Made by a program: the position numbers and the translations under genes. The notes below the pieces were generated by a model, which saw only the letters and a list, made by a program, of their open reading frames with translations, was not told the origin of the DNA and searched no databases. A stretch of 63,890 nucleotides of DNA, the filler included, from an uncultured Methanosarcinales archaeon (lineage in GTDB: Archaea > Nanobdellota > Nanobdellia > Woesearchaeales > CAYSVS01), in assembly GCA_964434475.1 (NCBI GenBank). It is 7 parts of 7 records of this genome, joined end to end, with 100 filler letters (N's around TTAATTAATTAA, not from the genome) between each part and the next. Parts side by side here need not be neighbours in the genome. Positions count along the whole stretch, not along the records: positions 1 to 10,391 come from CAYSVS010000046.1; 6 more parts are not named here. One strand, 5' to 3'. Numbering within the stretch: the first letter of the stretch is position 1; every line of letters begins with the position of its first letter. Positions 1 to 9,080 of this stretch are shown one piece after another.

Positions 1-52
1 GTGTTCAACTACCTAATTTTTTCGGTTTTTAGAAAAATCTGCACAACTCCAG
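1..52. mobile_element. IS-like element end, type A (TIR TCTGCACAACTCCAG at 38-52)
   Basis: The same 15+ bp terminus occurs at 40409-40423 and inverted at 63839-63853, always at a contig or window end. Confidence 0.7.
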
Positions 53-123
53 TAACATATAAGAAACATTTATATATCTTCATATATCTTTTTAATATAA
101 CACATAAACGGGGGGATGATAAT

Positions 124-351
124 ATGTATGCATATATTTTAGCAAGTTTTAATCCTGGAACAGAAAGAGAAGCGTATGATGATATAGCTGCAATCGAATC
201 TGTGAAGGATATTAATCTATTGTTCGGAGAATGGGATGTTATAGCTAAGGTTGAAATAGACGGACCAGGAGATCTTGAAAAGTTTATAATAGATAAGATA
301 AGAACTATTCCTGGCATCAAGTTGACTTCAACTATGATAGTTGCTAAATAG
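124..351 (+). CDS. Lrp/AsnC ligand-binding (RAM) domain protein
   Basis: MYAYIL..V..INLLFGEWDVIAKV..IRTIPGIKLTSTMI pattern; RBS GGGGATGA before ATG 124. Confidence 0.85.
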   Translation: MYAYILASFNPGTEREAYDDIAAIESVKDINLLFGEWDVIAKVEIDGPGDLEKFIIDKIRTIPGIKLTSTMIVAK

Positions 352-425
352 ATATTTTTCTATTTTTTATTTAAGTTTCATTTATAACGAAAAATTTATA
401 ATTTAAACCTATTATTGCTTTATTG

Positions 426-1310
426 ATGAGTATTCCTTTGATAAATAAAGAATGTGAAGTCGAAGAGCTTTTGGATGAATTATTTGAACTTACTAAAAAA
501 CATCCTGAAATGTTTAAGCATGATTTTTATGGTTTTAAAAAAGTAAAGAAAGATGTTGATAAAATAGAAACAAGGATAAACCAAATAATAAAATCCTTTA
601 GACATTTTCGTATAAAAGAGAAAAAAAGTATTTTTCAAAGGTTTTCACGGCTTGTTGATATTAAAAAAGTAACTGGTGTGAAATCGCAAATTTTTGATCT
701 ATTTGCACAATTACTAAGGTATTATTCTAAAAATCCTGAAAAGATAATGAATAATGTGAGTAAAGAGATAAATGAACTGTTCTTAGAGATTAATGATACA
801 CTTTTTAATTCATATGTATTGAAAGTAGTTAATGATATTGATTCTGTTGTGAAAAACGGTTTTAAGAAAAAAGTAAGCTTAAAGCAAAGATTTCAGAGTT
901 TATTTAAACATATAAGAGGTAATTATGGATATAGTAAGTTTATTTCTGTAATCAATCCTTATCAATATTATACGCATGACTTTGTAAGAAAATTTGCAAA
1001 TAGATATATTGAAAAATTAAAAAGATCAAATAAAATTAAAAACATAAAGACTAAAGTAGGTATTGTCAAAATAGATATTAAAAGTTTATTTGATTCTGGC
1101 TTGATAAACCGCATTTATCTTCCAAAAGATATTTATGCAGAAGCGAAATTAGTTCCTCATAGATATTTGCCGCATAAAAAGTCTTCAGCTCAAAAGGTGT
1201 TGTTGGATCATTCTTTAAGTTTAGGAGAAATAGTTATTGAATTAAATTTAAACAAGGATAAAGAAGGTATTTTTGTGTTTATTCCGCCTAAGTTTATAAG
1301 CCGTTTATAA
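426..1310 (+). CDS. hypothetical protein, C-terminal half possibly an ADP-ribosyltransferase-like fold
   Basis: Long ORF with TATA upstream; motifs YVLK..KNGF..LFKHIRG..FISV..VKID..GEIVI. Confidence 0.6.
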   Translation: MSIPLINKECEVEELLDELFELTKKHPEMFKHDFYGFKKVKKDVDKIETRINQIIKSFRHFRIKEKKSIFQRFSRLVDIKKVTGVKSQIFDLFAQLLRYYSKNPEKIMNNVSKEINELFLEINDTLFNSYVLKVVNDIDSVVKNGFKKKVSLKQRFQSLFKHIRGNYGYSKFISVINPYQYYTHDFVRKFANRYIEKLKRSNKIKNIKTKVGIVKIDIKSLFDSGLINRIYLPKDIYAEAKLVPHRYLPHKKSSAQKVLLDHSLSLGEIVIELNLNKDKEGIFVFIPPKFISRL

Positions 1311-2286
1311 TTTCATATGTTTTATAACTTAATTCTTCGATCTTATCTTTTACTTCAAGATTTTTAATCAAGCTTTTTTCTATTTTGCTGGCTCCATTGT
1401 TGTATCCTGACAATAAACCAGTTATAGCTCCGATAGAATCACTGTCTCCTCCTTGATTTACTGCATTGATAAGTGATTGTTTGAAGTTATTAGGTGTATA
1501 CACGAATGAATATATTCCAGAAGCAAGAACATCATAACATAGAGGCGAGGAACCTCCTATATTTGAAAAAGAAAAGTCTTTGTGGAGATTATTTTTTATA
1601 CTCTTTAGTTTGTCAGAAATTTCTGAAACTGATTTTATCTCCTCTTTTTCAAGCAAATAGTCTATCATATCTTTTCCATCTTTGTTCGAGGTTATATGAT
1701 TTTCTTTAAGATAATCTAAGCAATACATTAATGAATATGAACAAGATAAAGAATCATTATCTATGTGTGTTATGAAATTAAGTTCTCTGAAGTTATCATG
1801 GAAATTATCATAATCAAAAGATTTGAAGAATTTCAATAAGAACGATCTTGCCATTGCACCAGATCCTTTGCCATTTTTTTTGCCACATTCAGAATATTTT
1901 AGAAGGCTTCCTTTTTTCTCGAATATTCTTTTTCTTATTTTGTCTATGCCATAACATGTAGATCTTCCTGGAGCTCTTAGTATCATCTCTTCGTGATTTC
2001 TGCCTTTCAATGAGATATATCTTTTAGCAATATCTTCAATGTTATAGCCTTTATTTTCAATTAAAGATTCAAGTGTAGATATCAATAATTGACTGTCGTC
2101 GGTTATCTGTCCTTTTTTTAGATTAGGAGAAAGACAATATTTTGAAGGATTTTTATATTCTTTTATTGTACTTCCAAAATCTCTAATTATTTCTTGTTTA
2201 TCTAATCCTTCTATTGGCATACCTAAAGCATCTCCTATACAAAAACCTAGAAAAGCTCCTTTTAATTTATCTAATTTTTCTCCCAT
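1294..2286 (-). CDS. ADP-ribosylglycohydrolase (DraG/ARH family)
   Basis: GDALGMPIE, ITDDSQL, GSGAMAR, THID, GGDSDSIGAITG motifs. Confidence 0.93.
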   Translation of the reverse strand: MGEKLDKLKGAFLGFCIGDALGMPIEGLDKQEIIRDFGSTIKEYKNPSKYCLSPNLKKGQITDDSQLLISTLESLIENKGYNIEDIAKRYISLKGRNHEEMILRAPGRSTCYGIDKIRKRIFEKKGSLLKYSECGKKNGKGSGAMARSFLLKFFKSFDYDNFHDNFRELNFITHIDNDSLSCSYSLMYCLDYLKENHITSNKDGKDMIDYLLEKEEIKSVSEISDKLKSIKNNLHKDFSFSNIGGSSPLCYDVLASGIYSFVYTPNNFKQSLINAVNQGGDSDSIGAITGLLSGYNNGASKIEKSLIKNLEVKDKIEELSYKTYEIINGL

Positions 2287-2366
2287 GCTGTATATTACTA
2301 TAATGCTAAAAACTTATAAATCTAACTGATAAAATAGTTACTAATTAGTAATTATTTGATGACACC

Positions 2367-3854
2367 TTATTTGATTTTTATGCAGTTTAATGCTTTCAGT
2401 GCTTTTATAGCGTACTTGAGCTTTGTTTTGCTGTCAGCATAGATAGTCATTATAGGTTCTGCTTTCTTAACCATATGTTTTTCGTGCTTGTAAAGATAAA
2501 TTCCTGCACCTTTATCTTCGGGTGCTCCTGCAATTCGTGCGATCCTTCCGATTTCTTTATTGTCAATGTCGCATATTTTTCCTGTTTTTGGAGATTTGTA
2601 TGTATGTGTGAATTTACCTAGCTTGATGTCTTCTGGTTCAATATTATGATTACCTCCCTGAAGCTTTATAATCTCTTTCATCTTTTTATATGCTTTTCCT
2701 GAATCAAGAAGTTCAGTCGCTATTTTTCTTGCATTCTTCTTGCCTGCCATCTCAAGCATCAATGTTGCAAGATGCAGCCCTTTTCTTCTGAGGGATATAG
2801 GAGCATTGATATCATTTCTAAGAACATAAAGTACATCTCTTGCCTCTAAAGCAGGACCTATGCCATTGCCTATAGGTTGAGTGCCATTGGTTATAGTGAC
2901 CTTTATCTTTATCCCTATGTTTTTTCCTATCTCTATAAATTTTCTTTTAAGATGCATCGCTTGTTTTTTTGTTTTTATTTTCGTATCTCTTCCCAATGGA
3001 ATATCGATAAGTACATGGGTGGCATTTACTGCTGATTTTTTTGCTAATATGCTTGCTAATAGCATACCTTCTGGATCCAAACTTAATGGATGCCTTAGTT
3101 TGATCATCTTGTCATCTGCTGCAGCCAGGTTCATGGCTCCTCCCCATACCATGCATCCGTTCGCTTTTTCGACAATTTTCTTCATCTTTGGAACTGGTAT
3201 GCATACGTTTGATAAAACTTCCATGGTGTCGGCTGTACCTGCTGGCGAAGTTATGCTTCTTGAACTTGTTTTTGGTATTGTCAGACCTGCTGCTGCTATG
3301 ATGGGTACTACTATCATCGTTGTTCTATTCCCTGGTACGCCGCCAGTGCAATGTTTGTCAAGAATAAGTTTCTTGTTGATTTTTAATCGGTCTCCGTGCT
3401 TTACTATTGCGTTTGTCAAATATATGCTTTCTTTAAGGTCGAGTTTGTTGGTGTAACACGCTCCTATGAAATATGTTATCTCTATTGAATCAAGTTTTCC
3501 TTGGACTATGTCATTGACTATCTCATTCATCTCTTTATTGTTGAGATTTTCTCCATCTAATTTTTTTCTTATATATGATACTGAATCTGGTCTTGCTTCA
3601 AGGTCAAAGTTAACTATGTCTTTTTGTTTAGCTTTTAATTTTTTTAATGATTCTTCATATAATCCTATCATTCCAGGCGGAACAGCTTTCTTGCTTTCTG
3701 CTATGTCAAGTACTGCTATGGCTTTTTGCCTGCCTTTTTTTATGACAATTCTATCTCCATGGCGAAGGTCAAACTTTTTTGCATCTTTTTGATTTAGTAT
3801 TGCGACGATGATGCCTCCTGTAGCAATATCCATATCTTTTATTTTTAGTTTCAT
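2367..3854 (-). CDS. deoA: AMP phosphorylase (archaeal thymidine phosphorylase family)
   Basis: DKHCTGGVPGNRTT, PKTSSRSITSPAGTADTMEVL, GNGIGPALEA, ARIAGAP motifs with an N-terminal extension. Confidence 0.93.
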   Translation of the reverse strand: MKLKIKDMDIATGGIIVAILNQKDAKKFDLRHGDRIVIKKGRQKAIAVLDIAESKKAVPPGMIGLYEESLKKLKAKQKDIVNFDLEARPDSVSYIRKKLDGENLNNKEMNEIVNDIVQGKLDSIEITYFIGACYTNKLDLKESIYLTNAIVKHGDRLKINKKLILDKHCTGGVPGNRTTMIVVPIIAAAGLTIPKTSSRSITSPAGTADTMEVLSNVCIPVPKMKKIVEKANGCMVWGGAMNLAAADDKMIKLRHPLSLDPEGMLLASILAKKSAVNATHVLIDIPLGRDTKIKTKKQAMHLKRKFIEIGKNIGIKIKVTITNGTQPIGNGIGPALEARDVLYVLRNDINAPISLRRKGLHLATLMLEMAGKKNARKIATELLDSGKAYKKMKEIIKLQGGNHNIEPEDIKLGKFTHTYKSPKTGKICDIDNKEIGRIARIAGAPEDKGAGIYLYKHEKHMVKKAEPIMTIYADSKTKLKYAIKALKALNCIKIK

Positions 3855-4915
3855 TTATTTTCAACCTCTGCATGAATCTCTTTTTCGTATATCTTAATGA
3901 ACGTCGATATAAACGCTAAGACTAATGGTCCAAAAATAACTCCTATAAAACCGAATAGTTTTAGACCTCCCATAACTCCTAATAATACCAGTACGGGATG
4001 TATGTTTGCTTTATTACCTACTATCTTTGGTCTCAATATTGTGTCTATTCCTGAAGCTGTTAAACCTGTTATCAGTACACCAATTGCTGAAACATAGTTT
4101 CCCATTACTAATTGTATTATTGTAGCAGGAACCCATACTAAAGTAGGTCCTATCAATGGAATTAGTGCAAGGAAAGCTACAATTATTCCCCATAATATAG
4201 GAGATGCTATTCCTGAAAACCAGAATCCTATGGTTGTAACAGCGCCTTCAAGTAATCCTACTAGTATGGTTCCGTATATCAATGCGTATGTTACGTCGCC
4301 GAATTGCTTTACAAGATGCTCTCTGTGCCGAAGTTTTATAGGCAAAAGCCTTTCGAATTTTTTAACAAGCCTGTCTCCATCAATGAAAATATAAAAAGTC
4401 ACAAAAATAGTTATAAATATATCTAGCATTCTTTTAGGGATGCTGAAAATGAAATTAGTAGCATTCTCTGCGAGATTGTTTGTGATTGTCTTGATGTTCT
4501 GTTCAAGGTAATATGTGAACTTTATCTTTGTTGCTGGATCTTTGAATATAATATCCAATGTCTCACAGAAAAATTTGTTATCTTCTTTACAGGAAAGTAA
4601 AGTTGTAGTAGTTAGTTTTTGTGATGCGATGATAGAGACTACATTAGCTTCATTAATCAAAGCATTTAATGTGAAAATTATGGGTATTATTATCAGCAAT
4701 ATTATCACAACAGATATAAATAAAGCGCTTAAGTTTCTGTTCTTTATCTTATTTTTTAGTTTCTTGTATACTGGATAGAATACATATCCTGCAATCAATC
4801 CTGTCAATGTAGGTACAAGAAAATCTTTTATTATGTAGATAGACATAAGTATTGTGCCTATGAATAATAGTAGCATAAAATATTTTGAATAATCTTTAAG
4901 TTCCATATTGTTCAC
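3851..4915 (-). CDS. AI-2E (PerM/UPF0118) family transporter
   Basis: Multi-TM protein; LIPLIGP, LRPKIVG..IHP.LVLLGVMGG..FGFIGVIFGP. Confidence 0.9.
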   Translation of the reverse strand: MNNMELKDYSKYFMLLLFIGTILMSIYIIKDFLVPTLTGLIAGYVFYPVYKKLKNKIKNRNLSALFISVVIILLIIIPIIFTLNALINEANVVSIIASQKLTTTTLLSCKEDNKFFCETLDIIFKDPATKIKFTYYLEQNIKTITNNLAENATNFIFSIPKRMLDIFITIFVTFYIFIDGDRLVKKFERLLPIKLRHREHLVKQFGDVTYALIYGTILVGLLEGAVTTIGFWFSGIASPILWGIIVAFLALIPLIGPTLVWVPATIIQLVMGNYVSAIGVLITGLTASGIDTILRPKIVGNKANIHPVLVLLGVMGGLKLFGFIGVIFGPLVLAFISTFIKIYEKEIHAEVENK

Positions 4916-5342
4916 CCTTTGCGTATTTTATTAGATTCTGCAGATAAGCATAGATGTGGTTATTTTCTAGAATGTTCTTTAATTCCATGTCTTGGGATAA
5001 TGTTATTGTTTCTGTATTAAATATCTTGTCTATAAAATTTTTTTTTATTTTTAGCTTTGCTTGATTCAATATGACTGTGTTTTGATTGTCTGTTATCCTG
5101 TCTGGATATACGTAATATTGTTTTATTTTTTTTCTTGATTTTATTATTGTTTCTGCTATTGCTAAAGCTACCAACATAAGGATTATTATTGTATTCCATA
5201 TTCTGTTTATTCCTATGCCTATCAGATATGTGTTTAGACGTATTAATATATAAAATATAGTTATAAGTCCTAAAATCTTCAAGAATTCGGGAATATAGAC
5301 CCTTGCTTTACTTGTTTTTATTATAAATTGAGCTTCTACCAT
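4896..5342 (-). CDS. membrane protein with two TM helices and a bPH-like C-terminus
   Basis: ORF directly downstream of tRNA-Val; start moved to MVEAQ because the longer ORF overlaps the tRNA. Confidence 0.6.
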   Translation of the reverse strand: MVEAQFIIKTSKARVYIPEFLKILGLITIFYILIRLNTYLIGIGINRIWNTIIILMLVALAIAETIIKSRKKIKQYYVYPDRITDNQNTVILNQAKLKIKKNFIDKIFNTETITLSQDMELKNILENNHIYAYLQNLIKYAKGEQYGT

Positions 5343-5356
5343 CTTTTTTGAATTAA

Positions 5357-5431
5357 TGGGCCTGGCCAGACTTGAACTGGCGATCGCTCCCACGTCAAGG
5401 GAGAGTCATAGCCGGGCTAGACCACAGGCCC
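5357..5431 (-). tRNA. tRNA-Val(GAC)
   Basis: GGGCCTG..CAGGCCC-A acceptor, anticodon arm CTCCC-TTGACGT-GGGAG, T-loop GTTCAAGTC; no encoded CCA. Confidence 0.95.
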
Positions 5432-5550
5432 TTTTATTACTTAATGTAGAATATAGTATTTATAAAAGTATTGGTTTTTTGTTTTAATTCTTGAGCTAGA
5501 TTTCTTAGTAATTTGTGCAAAGTTTTAAATAATAATCGAATAACTTGTAT

Positions 5551-5612
5551 ATGTCGATGATGAAGTAATTCCTGGCTGATTAGATGATGAACGGATGTAA
5601 CTGCTGAGATAT
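5551..5612 (+). ncRNA. C/D-box methylation guide sRNA
   Basis: C ATGATGA 5557-5563, D' CTGA 5576-5579, C' ATGATGA 5584-5590, D CTGA 5604-5607; guides of 12 and 13 nt; terminal stem ATGTC/GATAT; TATA-like TTTTAAAT about 25 nt upstream. Confidence 0.88.
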
Positions 5613-6982
5613 TATTTTATCAAGCATAACATATGCTCTCTGAAGAAATTCATTGTTTTTGGAAATCTGTTGATGTTTTCTATTGTTTTCTTGTGTTTTT
5701 TTCTTAATGCTATAGCTTCCTTTTGGCTTAACCCTTTGCTTACTTTATATTTTATTTTTGGTTCTAGTATTGTTCTTTTTGTTTCTATTATCTTGGTTAT
5801 GAAATATTTTTTAGGGTTGTTGTATATGTCTGTGTTTTTTTGCAGACCGAAGATAGAGGTTGATACAAGGTCAATATTTTCTTTGTTATGCTCTATAAAT
5901 CTGATCGTATCAATAAATTCTTCTTTTGTTTCTGTAGGAAATCCGAACATAATGTAGATGATATTTTTGATTCCTGTTTTTTTTGACAATTTCAATACTT
6001 TTTCGTTATCTTCTACATTTGTGCCTTTTTTCATTAATTTTAATACTCTGTTGTTGCCTGATTCAATGCCCCATATTATGGCTTTCAATCCTGACTCTTT
6101 CAGTGTCTTCAATGTTTTTTCATCTAAATCTTTATGGGGTTTTAATTGGCACATCCATGATATCTTCAATGGCTTCAAGATTTTTGCTATCTCAAGAAGC
6201 CTTTTCTTGTATATCATATCATCTATTATGAATACAGATTTAGTATTTGATTGTTTTACTGATTTTTTTATGTTGTTTAGATCGTATTCAAAATATTGTT
6301 TTTTGTTATGGTGTGTGCAGAATGTGCATTGCTGGTAATAACAAGAGCTTGATGTCTTTATAGGTATGACTAAATCAGGAGTGAAGTAATCTTCTTTCTT
6401 ATACCTGCTGAAGTCAAGAATCGTGTTTGTTTTTAGTTTATTGTGTTCTATTATTTTCCCATTTATGTATTTTAATAATTCGACTTCATTGTTTAGGTGT
6501 TTGTCTGCAATGCTTCTTAACTTATTATTTACCGCCGGCCCTCCTACCACTGTTTTTATACCTAATTTATTCAATTCTTTTATCAAGGCATAAGTATAGA
6601 AAGCTTGGCTTGAGTAAACTATGCTGAATGCAACAATTTCGGGTTTATTTATTAGGATTTCTTTGAGCATATCATTAAGCAGTTCTGGATCTTTGTTTTT
6701 TACAACTTTTTTGTTATTTTCAGAATATGTTTTTCCTGTTTCTAGCAAAAACTTTTTTGATATTTTCTCGTATTCTTCTTTTTTGTATCTTTTTTTAAGA
6801 TTTTTGAAATGATTTTTGTATTCAGGAAACTTGAGGGAATGAAATCTAATGTTGAGGTCTATTTCTTTTACACTGAATGATCTTGATAGATTATCTTTTA
6901 GAAAACTTGCCAAATAAGTAATAGAGTAAGGCGGGCTAACAGGTGTACAGAAAGGTGCATATATCAATAATATCTTTTTCAT
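5612..6982 (-). CDS. B12-binding-domain radical SAM protein
   Basis: CYYQQCTFC motif, N-terminal PPYSITYLA, GIESG..LMKKG, YIMFGFPTET. Confidence 0.88.
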   Translation of the reverse strand: MKKILLIYAPFCTPVSPPYSITYLASFLKDNLSRSFSVKEIDLNIRFHSLKFPEYKNHFKNLKKRYKKEEYEKISKKFLLETGKTYSENNKKVVKNKDPELLNDMLKEILINKPEIVAFSIVYSSQAFYTYALIKELNKLGIKTVVGGPAVNNKLRSIADKHLNNEVELLKYINGKIIEHNKLKTNTILDFSRYKKEDYFTPDLVIPIKTSSSCYYQQCTFCTHHNKKQYFEYDLNNIKKSVKQSNTKSVFIIDDMIYKKRLLEIAKILKPLKISWMCQLKPHKDLDEKTLKTLKESGLKAIIWGIESGNNRVLKLMKKGTNVEDNEKVLKLSKKTGIKNIIYIMFGFPTETKEEFIDTIRFIEHNKENIDLVSTSIFGLQKNTDIYNNPKKYFITKIIETKRTILEPKIKYKVSKGLSQKEAIALRKKHKKTIENINRFPKTMNFFREHMLCLIK

Positions 6983-7147
6983 AATGTTTGTATTTGTTAT
7001 AAGTTTAAAAATCTATTGGGGTAGATAAGATATATGTTTATTCTTTGTTTATTTTGTGTTATGAGAAATATAGATGATATCATAAACAGTTACAAAAGCT
7101 ATTCTATATATTGTTTTTTCAATGGAAAAGTGTGATTTAACATACAT

Positions 7148-7309
7148 ATAGCAATAATAGGGAAAAAATAAGCTGAAAGTTTGATACTTAAGTATTACTA
7201 CATGAAACTATTACCAAAAATAAATAAGTTATATCTTGGTTGTTTTGTTGATAATGAATTAGTAGGTGGGATGACATTAGGTATTACTCAGAACAAATTC
7301 TTGTTTTGA
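7148..7309 (+). pseudogene. fragment resembling a Mom-family (GNAT-like) DNA modification protein
   Basis: IIGKK*AESLILKYYYMKLLPKINKLYLGCFVDNELVGGMTLG; internal stop, no start, truncated. Confidence 0.4.
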
Positions 7310-7680
7310 GGAAACTATGGGATTTTGATAATTTATACATACCTTATGAAGATCTTGAGATTATCTATCTAAATAAAGATTTATTTATCATCGGTTTACA
7401 TATTCATTCAGATGAAAGCACTTGTAATGAATATCCAAGAATTAAAGAATTTGTTAATTCATTAAAAGTCATTGAGAATCCTGAAAAGATAATATTGGTA
7501 TCGCATATTCCTGGAAAACTTAAATTTTCTAAATTAGGTTCAAGTGAGATATCTCTATTAAAGAAATAATTCAAATTTAAATATCATTATCATGGACATT
7601 GTAAGGATTATTATGGAGAATATTTAGAAGAAGGTGTGAAAACAAAATCTGTTCATTATAAACATCCTGAAGAAGAGTAA
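7285..7680 (+). pseudogene. metallophosphoesterase C-terminal fragment with a nonsense codon
   Basis: ILVSHIP...LGS; in-frame TAA at 7567-7569, then FKFKYHYHGHC...; ends at TAA 7678-7680. Confidence 0.55.
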
Positions 7681-7727
7681 GTGTGTCCTCCATTCTAATA
7701 GTTAGTCCCTGAAAAAATTGAACTTAA
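7681..7727 (-). repeat. cassette left arm of the decayed array
   Basis: Reverse complement of 7708-7727 is TTAAGTTCAATTTTTTCAGG, identical to 49020-49039; similarity continues to ..TTAGAAT..GG.CACAC. Confidence 0.75.
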
Positions 7728-7869
7728 GAACGTTAATATTTTCTGTTGATAATTGGATTTTTTTCATGATAAACATATTATAATATGATTTTAAAAATCT
7801 ATTGGTCGTTTTACTAATATATTTTCAAAAGTATTAAATATTTATTTTGTTAATCTGCTTAAATAAGAC

Positions 7870-8289
7870 ATGAATAAAATGGCAAAATTTTGTAATAATT
7901 GTAAAAAAAAGATTACTGAAAAACAGTGGAAAGAACTTGAACCTATTTTTGGAAGAGGTTTATGTAATGTTTGTAGAGATGAAGCTGCAAAGAAGGTTAC
8001 AAATCCTGCAAGGAATTTATTTGAAGCTTTTAAAAAAGAAGGTTTTAAAGTTTATTTGGAGAAATTTGATAAACATAAACATATTGATATTGTATTAATT
8101 GAACATAAAATAAATATTGAAGTTGATGGCAAGTTACATATTAATGATAGCGTATCTGCATTAAAAGATTTGGAGAGGTCTTTATATTCTATTAAAGCAG
8201 GATGGTTTACAATTCACATTCCAAATAAGATAGCAACTTACCATGCAGAAAAAGCAGTTGCATTAATAAAAAACATATTATTAAAGTAG
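7870..8289 (+). CDS. DUF559/Vsr-like PD-(D/E)xK endonuclease with an N-terminal Zn ribbon
   Basis: CNNC..CNVC; HIDIV..INIEVDGKLH..D.ER...GW..IHI. Confidence 0.8.
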   Translation: MNKMAKFCNNCKKKITEKQWKELEPIFGRGLCNVCRDEAAKKVTNPARNLFEAFKKEGFKVYLEKFDKHKHIDIVLIEHKINIEVDGKLHINDSVSALKDLERSLYSIKAGWFTIHIPNKIATYHAEKAVALIKNILLK

Positions 8290-8408
8290 TTAATTTATTA
8301 GCAAAAATTTTGTTTAGTATTTCTTATGAAAAACGTAGTTTCTATTTTATTTATTCTTAGTTAAACGAAGGCCCAGTGGTTAGAGATTTTTTTGTTTAGG
8401 CAGTAAGA

Positions 8409-8434
8409 AATTTCGTTTAACATCGGGATCCTTG
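8409..8434 (-). repeat. attC-like junction motif CAAGGATCCCGATG|TTAAACGAAATT
   Basis: 8418-8434 is the reverse complement of 17 bp identical to 41507-41523. Confidence 0.75.
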
Positions 8435-8804
8435 AAGAACGAAGATAATGCGTGGCTTTACAGACCTTGTAATGCCATAATTCAATTTTATTGTCTTTAA
8501 CTTAGACGCATTTGATTTTTTATTCATATAAATGCGTCACATAATATACAATAGTGTAGCTCATATAAATAGTTTTCCCTAGTTTTACGAAGTAAATGCG
8601 TCGAGCGATTAAAGATTGTTACCATTGCTGTTACCTTTTAAGTTACCAGATTTGTAATCGCTTTAGTTACCTTATACGGTTACTTTTTTGAGTACTATTT
8701 TTTATCCTGATAGTATATCTATGATGATGACCTTTAGTATGGTATGAAAGAAAAAGTTTTGTTTGTAAAAATAACTAAATAACAAGAAGAAGGGTGTGAG
8801 ATAA

Positions 8805-9080
8805 TTATAGTTCTAATTCATCAAATAACCCAACCATTTTTTTGTATTTTTCAATGAATAAGTATCCTTTGTCAGTTAAAGTTATGTATTTATTCTCTTT
8901 TTCATCATATATTTCTTTTATAAATTTGTTTTTAATAAGGTATTCATAATGATAATTAAAACTTGAAGTTGAAAGATTAGATTTTCTTTTTAGAGGTGTT
9001 ATCTTTATTGAATTATGATTTTTGTTTATTATTTCCAAAATCTCATTCATGATACTAAATCTATCTCTTTTTGAAGTCAT
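8805..9080 (-). CDS. winged-helix DNA-binding protein (HTH_45-like)
   Basis: KRDRFSIM.EIL...T.L..KSNLS...Y..L...YITLTDKG. Confidence 0.8.
   Translation of the reverse strand: MTSKRDRFSIMNEILEIINKNHNSIKITPLKRKSNLSTSSFNYHYEYLIKNKFIKEIYDEKENKYITLTDKGYLFIEKYKKMVGLFDELEL

Noticed and set aside
2881..3792. Long antisense ORFs inside AMP phosphorylase (similarly inside proS, topA, DUF5667 and arsP)
   Set aside because: Shadow frames of well-supported genes with no motifs of their own.
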